A DNA stretch of 48,427 nucleotides, from the IMG/VR virus record IMGVR_UViG_3300033067_002291, positions 1 through 48,427 of that record; one strand, given 5' to 3'. Origin of the DNA: a virus. Lineage: Duplodnaviria > Caudoviricetes. A program made the translations under genes and the position numbers. A model generated the notes under the pieces. The model was not told where the DNA came from and ran no database searches. It was given only the letters and a program-made list of their open reading frames with translations. This document shows, one piece after another, positions 44,188 through 48,427 of this stretch; the first letter of the stretch is position 1; each line of letters opens with the position of its first letter.

Positions 44188-44883
44188 TCATTGAATCATT
44201 ATTCTCCTAGCGCGTCTTGCTTTAATTCCTTTTCCAACTGAATAACGCTTAATGATTGAAGTCCAAGTAAGGTAGCGGGGAAGGAACTTCTCAGGGGCAA
44301 TTAGTTGAAAAGCCTTTCTTCGGTCAGTTTCTTCAACTTCCTTAACGGTAATAGCAGTTAATTGAGCAATTGCTGATGGCTTTAAGGAATTCTGCAACGT
44401 TAACAAATAGAGAAACATTGCCATTTGAACATCAGAGGGAACCAAAAGGCCCCAACCCCAACTAGCTTCCACTAAAATGTTACTGTTTCCACTTGGGAAG
44501 TTGGCGTAGTAAGGGCTTGTTCCTAGGTAAATTGGATAGCCACTAGCTCCGTGATTCTGCCTAAAATGAATTTCAGTGTAGGGCCGTTGAGCAAATTTAG
44601 GAGTAACTAAGTGAGTTAAATCAATGTCAATGAGCGTTCCGTCAAATTGCTCAACTTCCAACGAAGTTAAAGAAATAAACGGGTCAACAAAAAGTCTGTG
44701 GTTTTCATTCCCATCAAAACGACGAGTTTCACTAATAGGAACAAAGGAAATGCCTGTGTCAGTTTCTAAGGCAGTAATAAAAGCTTCAAGGGCTAACGTA
44801 ATTACGGCGTCGTCCAAAGTTGCAGCAACTCCTGTGGTATTCAGGATAAATGCTTTTGCTTCTGCTAAAGTTGGATACGCCAT
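44188..44883 (-). CDS. Head-tail adaptor (gp6-like)
   Basis: YPTLAEAKAF, ETRRFDG, NILVEASWGW..VPSDVQMA. Confidence 0.75.
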   Translation of the reverse strand: MAYPTLAEAKAFILNTTGVAATLDDAVITLALEAFITALETDTGISFVPISETRRFDGNENHRLFVDPFISLTSLEVEQFDGTLIDIDLTHLVTPKFAQRPYTEIHFRQNHGASGYPIYLGTSPYYANFPSGNSNILVEASWGWGLLVPSDVQMAMFLYLLTLQNSLKPSAIAQLTAITVKEVEETDRRKAFQLIAPEKFLPRYLTWTSIIKRYSVGKGIKARRARRIMIQ

Positions 44884-44893
44884 AGAAAACCTT

Positions 44894-44927
44894 AAAAGGG
44901 AAAGAGGGGGGCCGGTTAAAGCCCCCC
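44894..44927 (-). terminator. Terminator after the capsid and decoration genes
   Basis: GGGGGGC/GCCCCCC stem followed by a U/C-rich tail on the minus strand. Confidence 0.6.
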
Positions 44928-44978
44928 GAGCACTTAACTAATAGTTTTGCTCTTCATAAGAAACTCAAAGAAAATTTC

Positions 44979-45425
44979 TTAGATTTGACCAACAGCAGTC
45001 GGAGAAATGTAAGCTTCATAAGTAACACTTCTGCTTCCTGAGCCACCTGCAACAATGACAACCAAACGAACATATTGATGAATCGTTGAGAAAATCATGT
45101 TGTAGGCCGCAGGAATTCCAGTTGCAGTTCCAGCCGCAGAACTTGTTCCACTTGTAATAGTAAACAAATTAGCCGCACTAGCTACTGCCGCAGGGAAATC
45201 CCAAGGAGCCGCGATAATTCCGTCAGAAGTTGCTCCATCAGCAGAATGCTCTAAATAGAACTGAACTGTTACATCAGAACCTACCGCGCTCCCTTCTGTA
45301 ATGTGCAAGGCCGCATACATAGGAACACTATTATCAGTGTTTTGCAAGTCAAGCCAAGAACCGTTGAAAGTTGCCGCAGTAGTTCTTTGAACACTTGCCG
45401 CCAAAATGCAATTTGTATCTTTCAT
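44979..45425 (-). CDS. Probable capsid decoration/cement protein
   Basis: 148 aa beta-sandwich-like, QYVRLV motif, directly after the capsid gene. Confidence 0.55.
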   Translation of the reverse strand: MKDTNCILAASVQRTTAATFNGSWLDLQNTDNSVPMYAALHITEGSAVGSDVTVQFYLEHSADGATSDGIIAAPWDFPAAVASAANLFTITSGTSSAAGTATGIPAAYNMIFSTIHQYVRLVVIVAGGSGSRSVTYEAYISPTAVGQI

Positions 45426-45430
45426 TTCTA

Positions 45431-46450
45431 TTAAGCCACCCGGAAGTTGTAGATTTGTCCAAGACTAAGAAGGTTGGTTTGCGCCAAGCTAAATCCTAGG
45501 TCAATCGTAACTTTGTCAGTGAGTCCATCGTTAACAACACGTGGAATCGGAATAACTGCCTCTTCAAAAGAATGACGCATCCAAGGAATAACTCCATCCT
45601 CTTGATCGAAACGAACAGCAAACAAAGAGCTAGCACTTCCACCAGTTGTAGTAATTCCATCTGCATTCTCTGAGTTAGGCATAATTCGGTTCATTGATCG
45701 GTAAGGGTAAGCAAGTCCTGGGTTAATAATCTTAGCACCTCGATAAGTTTCAAAGTGTCGATCATAAGCATCAGTCGTTGTTCCAAAACCTGCACCAGCA
45801 CCCATCATTCTAATTGCTTGACTCATTGCAGTGATAACAGTGTCGTTAGCAAAGAGACAAACTTTTGAATAGTCTCCATTGCCACCACTAATAACCATTA
45901 GCAATTCGTCCAAAGCTCGCATAAATTGGTGCGCCATTGCCGCAGTCATCGTGCTTGCACGCATATCAATTGCACCCATGCTCTTACGAAGTTCGCTAGG
46001 AATTCCGTAGTCGCTTCTCTTGTTCATTCGTCCACGAAGGCCATCGAAGCATTTAGAGTTGCCGCTAATGTTATCGTTGTTAATGAACTTATCGTTAAAG
46101 TCGTGGGAGAATGCTCGAATAGCCATAGCTACTTGAGTTCCAATTGGGTCACCAATTGAATTAGGGTTCTCTTGTAGAACCTTATCAACTGAAACTTGAT
46201 GGCGAGAAAGGTACATGTTAGTTCTAACGCGTTCAAACTTACCACTTTCAGCAGTTGGACTTTCTCCAATGTTGTGCCAAGTTGACATAGAGGGGAAGTT
46301 CAAGCCATCAGTACGAGCAAACTCCTTATTAAGTTCCTTTCCAAGAACAAAATCCAGAGTAGTCATAAGAGGCGAGTGCATTCCCATGTTATAGATAACT
46401 TTCCCAACCAAGGGATTGTTACTCATTTGCATTGCTTCGACTAGGGTCAT
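45431..46450 (-). CDS. Major capsid protein (HK97 fold)
   Basis: 339 aa with a strong SD (GGGGAGG); VDKVL, FNDKFIN...FDGLR, SSLFAVRF. Confidence 0.85.
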   Translation of the reverse strand: MTLVEAMQMSNNPLVGKVIYNMGMHSPLMTTLDFVLGKELNKEFARTDGLNFPSMSTWHNIGESPTAESGKFERVRTNMYLSRHQVSVDKVLQENPNSIGDPIGTQVAMAIRAFSHDFNDKFINNDNISGNSKCFDGLRGRMNKRSDYGIPSELRKSMGAIDMRASTMTAAMAHQFMRALDELLMVISGGNGDYSKVCLFANDTVITAMSQAIRMMGAGAGFGTTTDAYDRHFETYRGAKIINPGLAYPYRSMNRIMPNSENADGITTTGGSASSLFAVRFDQEDGVIPWMRHSFEEAVIPIPRVVNDGLTDKVTIDLGFSLAQTNLLSLGQIYNFRVA

Positions 46451-46505
46451 TAGTTTAATTTTCCTCCCCGCCTAAAAAGGTTAAGACGAGCTATAAGTAA
46501 ATACG

Positions 46506-46559
46506 AAAAAGGACTTAGTTTGAACAACAAGTAAATTTACCGATTGACAAACTAAGCCC
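46506..46559 (-). other. Long stem-loop with a U5 tail in the capsid gene leader
   Basis: GGGCUUAGUUUG...CAAACUAAGUCC-UUUUU enclosing the palindrome GTAAATTTAC. Confidence 0.6.
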
Positions 46560-46583
46560 AAAAGCCCAGCCAAGAAAAATTAA

Positions 46584-46832
46584 TTAACCTGCTACCGAAA
46601 CCTCCTCAACTTCTGAAATGTCCAAATAATAAAACTTACCTGGAGTAAAGTAATCTGCTCTATCAGCAGGACAAACAGTCATACTAAAAGTTCCATTAGG
46701 AGTAGCAGTGAAAAATGCGTGGTCTTCCTTATTAATTCCAGAGTCGTGAACAGCTTGCAAAACTACTGTTGCATTGTGTTGGGTTGAGTGAATTGACTCA
46801 CATTTAAATTTACATCGTGTATTTGTTTTCAT
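46584..46832 (-). CDS. Small hypothetical phage protein
   Basis: RCKFKC...FFTATPNG...FTPGKFYYLD, a recurrent uncharacterised phage pattern. Confidence 0.7.
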   Translation of the reverse strand: MKTNTRCKFKCESIHSTQHNATVVLQAVHDSGINKEDHAFFTATPNGTFSMTVCPADRADYFTPGKFYYLDISEVEEVSVAG

Positions 46833-46836
46833 TGTT

Positions 46837-47421
46837 TTAAGTTTTTCCGTTCATAATTGCTGTAACATTAGCTTTAGCAAAGTAGGCCATTCTCTCTGCT
46901 GGCGTTTTTAACTTGGCTAGTTCTTCATTGACTCCTGCGGCAGGTGGGTTAGCTGGAGGAACTCCACTTGAAGGTGGTGGAGGATTAACTAAAGGCACTA
47001 CTGGAGCAGTTCCCATTAAAGCAATGAGGGAATCCAGCTTAGTTAACGTGGAAAGGGTTCGCTCAGTTCCCAACAGTTGAACAATTTGGGCTTTCTTTTC
47101 TTCATCAACAATTGTAGCCAACTTTGCATCCACACTTGTTGAAACAAAAGTAGCAACCTCAGCAACACTAGCATTAGCCGCCTCAGCAGTTGAAGTCGCC
47201 GCTGTTAGTTTAGCATTTGTTTCCTCAACAAGTTTAGCTAGTCTAATGTTCTCAGCTTTAATTGCTTCTGCATTAGCAGTTGCAGTTGTTAGTTGCATCA
47301 TTGTAGCTGGATCAACTTCAAAGTTAGTCTTGTTATGAATTACCGGCGGAGTTATCTGCGCTGGGGGACTAGCAGGGGGATTTCCGTCCCCGCCTTCAAG
47401 AAATTTCTTTCGAGGAAACAT
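46837..47421 (-). CDS. Probable capsid scaffold protein
   Basis: Start MFPRKKFLEGGDGNPP (ATG 47421), coiled coil, Pro-rich linker; upstream of the capsid gene. Confidence 0.7.
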   Translation of the reverse strand: MFPRKKFLEGGDGNPPASPPAQITPPVIHNKTNFEVDPATMMQLTTATANAEAIKAENIRLAKLVEETNAKLTAATSTAEAANASVAEVATFVSTSVDAKLATIVDEEKKAQIVQLLGTERTLSTLTKLDSLIALMGTAPVVPLVNPPPPSSGVPPANPPAAGVNEELAKLKTPAERMAYFAKANVTAIMNGKT

Positions 47422-47422
47422 T

Positions 47423-47959
47423 TTACTTAGAATCTCCAGTGGCCTTAACAGGTTCATTAGTTTTAACTGGGTCAGGTTTCCAATTCTTGTTAACAAAAAT
47501 TTGGGCTCGACAAGCTTCATCAAGTCCGCAATATTCCCAATCATTAGAGAAAGTATTACCTACTGTCATTAGCCGAAGGCGGTAAGTCTTTCCAGTGTGA
47601 TAGGAGTAAGGAGCGGAGGTTGAAAGGAAGCGCGAAGGGCGGTTAATTTGCAAACTTGAATAGCCGCTGTTTTCGTCTTCCACGCTTTCCCATTCAGTGA
47701 ATTCATCAGGCTTACGAGAATAGTGAAGGGCAATTGAATAAGTTCCCTGCATTCCCTCTTCAAGCTCGCTAACGCTAACCAATTGTCCATTACCAACAAG
47801 TCGGCAAGGGTAGTTAGTTCCAGCAAATTCTAGTTGGGCTTTGTTGCTCTCTAAGGCTTCTCCACTAGCTCCGTTCATTCCAGCTGCTAAGAATTGGTTA
47901 AGGGGGTCGTGAATCCCAAATTGGGTTCCTGGGCCATTCCCAAGGGAAGGGTTTTCCAT
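47423..47959 (-). CDS. Hypothetical head-module protein
   Basis: 178 aa between the RyR-domain gene and the scaffold gene. Confidence 0.6.
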   Translation of the reverse strand: MENPSLGNGPGTQFGIHDPLNQFLAAGMNGASGEALESNKAQLEFAGTNYPCRLVGNGQLVSVSELEEGMQGTYSIALHYSRKPDEFTEWESVEDENSGYSSLQINRPSRFLSTSAPYSYHTGKTYRLRLMTVGNTFSNDWEYCGLDEACRAQIFVNKNWKPDPVKTNEPVKATGDSK

Positions 47960-48354
47960 TAGTTAAACACTCCACAAATTGCCTTAAACAAGGAATCTTT
48001 TAGCTTTTGACTTTTTGGCAGTTCATCATAAGGAACAAAACAAGGGTGAGTTTTTGCCTCAACGTCCTTAGTTTCTCCATAAGTCCAACCATCAACCTCT
48101 TTAACTTTAAGCCAACTTTCATGACTTGCACTTGCAGGGGCATTTGGGTTTTGAAAGTTAAACAGAACTCCTTGAATTGCTGATTTCTTTTGCCATTCTG
48201 GAGCAAATTCCCAATCAACTTGGGAGTTGTCACCAAGGTTCTCACAATAAGCTTTATTAGCTTGGTGAGTAATTCGGGCCACTTTTTCTACGTGGGTTCG
48301 CCTTTCAAAGGCTTCTTGTGTTTCTGTTGTGTTGTTGTTTGTTTCGTTGTCCAT
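47959..48354 (-). CDS. RyR-domain phage protein, allele B
   Basis: HESWLKVKEVDGWTYGETKDVEAKTHPCFVPYDELPKSQKLKD matches the ryanodine-receptor repeat pattern H..W...GW.YG..D...K.HP..VPY..LP. Confidence 0.8.
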   Translation of the reverse strand: MDNETNNNTTETQEAFERRTHVEKVARITHQANKAYCENLGDNSQVDWEFAPEWQKKSAIQGVLFNFQNPNAPASASHESWLKVKEVDGWTYGETKDVEAKTHPCFVPYDELPKSQKLKDSLFKAICGVFN

Positions 48355-48427
48355 TATTTTTCCTCAACCCTTGGTGTTCCCGTGGGTTCTTTAACTGTGG
48401 GGTTTCCCCTGTCTTTTGCTTTCGCTA
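48044..48427. repeat. Right copy of the imperfect terminal repeat, including the portal 3' end
   Basis: Aligns to 1-376; the portal C-terminus reads EPTGTPRVEEK here versus EPTGKPRVEEK on the left. Confidence 0.9.

Noticed and set aside
280-48245. Many short ORF-track entries antisense to, or nested in, long genes (for example 280-567, 11116-11424, 18093-18449, 35846-36127, 44624-44941, 48000-48245)
   Set aside because: They are shadow ORFs of well-supported genes, with no motifs or expression signals.
1-48427. Stop-codon reassignment, integrase/lysogeny module, tRNA genes, PurZ pathway, introns or inteins
   Set aside because: Core genes are intact and densely packed under the standard code, and no motifs for any of these were recognised by eye.

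Overview
This window is an essentially complete ~48 kb tailed dsDNA phage genome. It looks like a siphovirus (tail tube, no sheath), and no integrase, tRNA or CRISPR array was seen. The ends overlap imperfectly: 1-376 and 48044-48427 are two alleles of the same locus. The minus strand carries a late arm: terminase, portal, RyR-domain protein, scaffold, capsid, head-tail and tail genes, a tail-chaperone -1 frameshift, a Cys-rich tail protein, an SGNH esterase tail protein and a holin. The plus strand (9.6-31.5 kb) carries an early/replication arm: LuxR-type HTH, UvrD, GHKL-ATPase/HExxH protein, SNF2, primase-helicase, three sigma-70-like proteins, RuvC-like nuclease, PD-(D/E)xK exonuclease, Sak4-like ATPase, SSB-like protein, UDG-fused PolA, amidase, MazG-like protein and ThyX. 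The most notable signals lie outside the ORF track: (1) a type II hammerhead ribozyme at 24205-24259, just upstream of the SSB-like gene; (2) an ORF-free, highly structured ~330-nt RNA (5771 to 5444, minus strand) with its own promoter and terminator; (3) two fixed-spacing promoter classes, TAAGCAAAC-N12-GGGTATA(A/G)T (4 copies, plus strand) and TGGCG-N17-GGGTATAA (3 copies, minus strand), alongside three phage sigma-like genes; (4) an iteron-like array upstream of the packaging operon; (5) an unannotated 58-aa Acb2/Tad1-like ORF. There is also a GH5 glycoside hydrolase. All calls come from reading motifs by eye; no database search or folding software was run, and the host is not determined.
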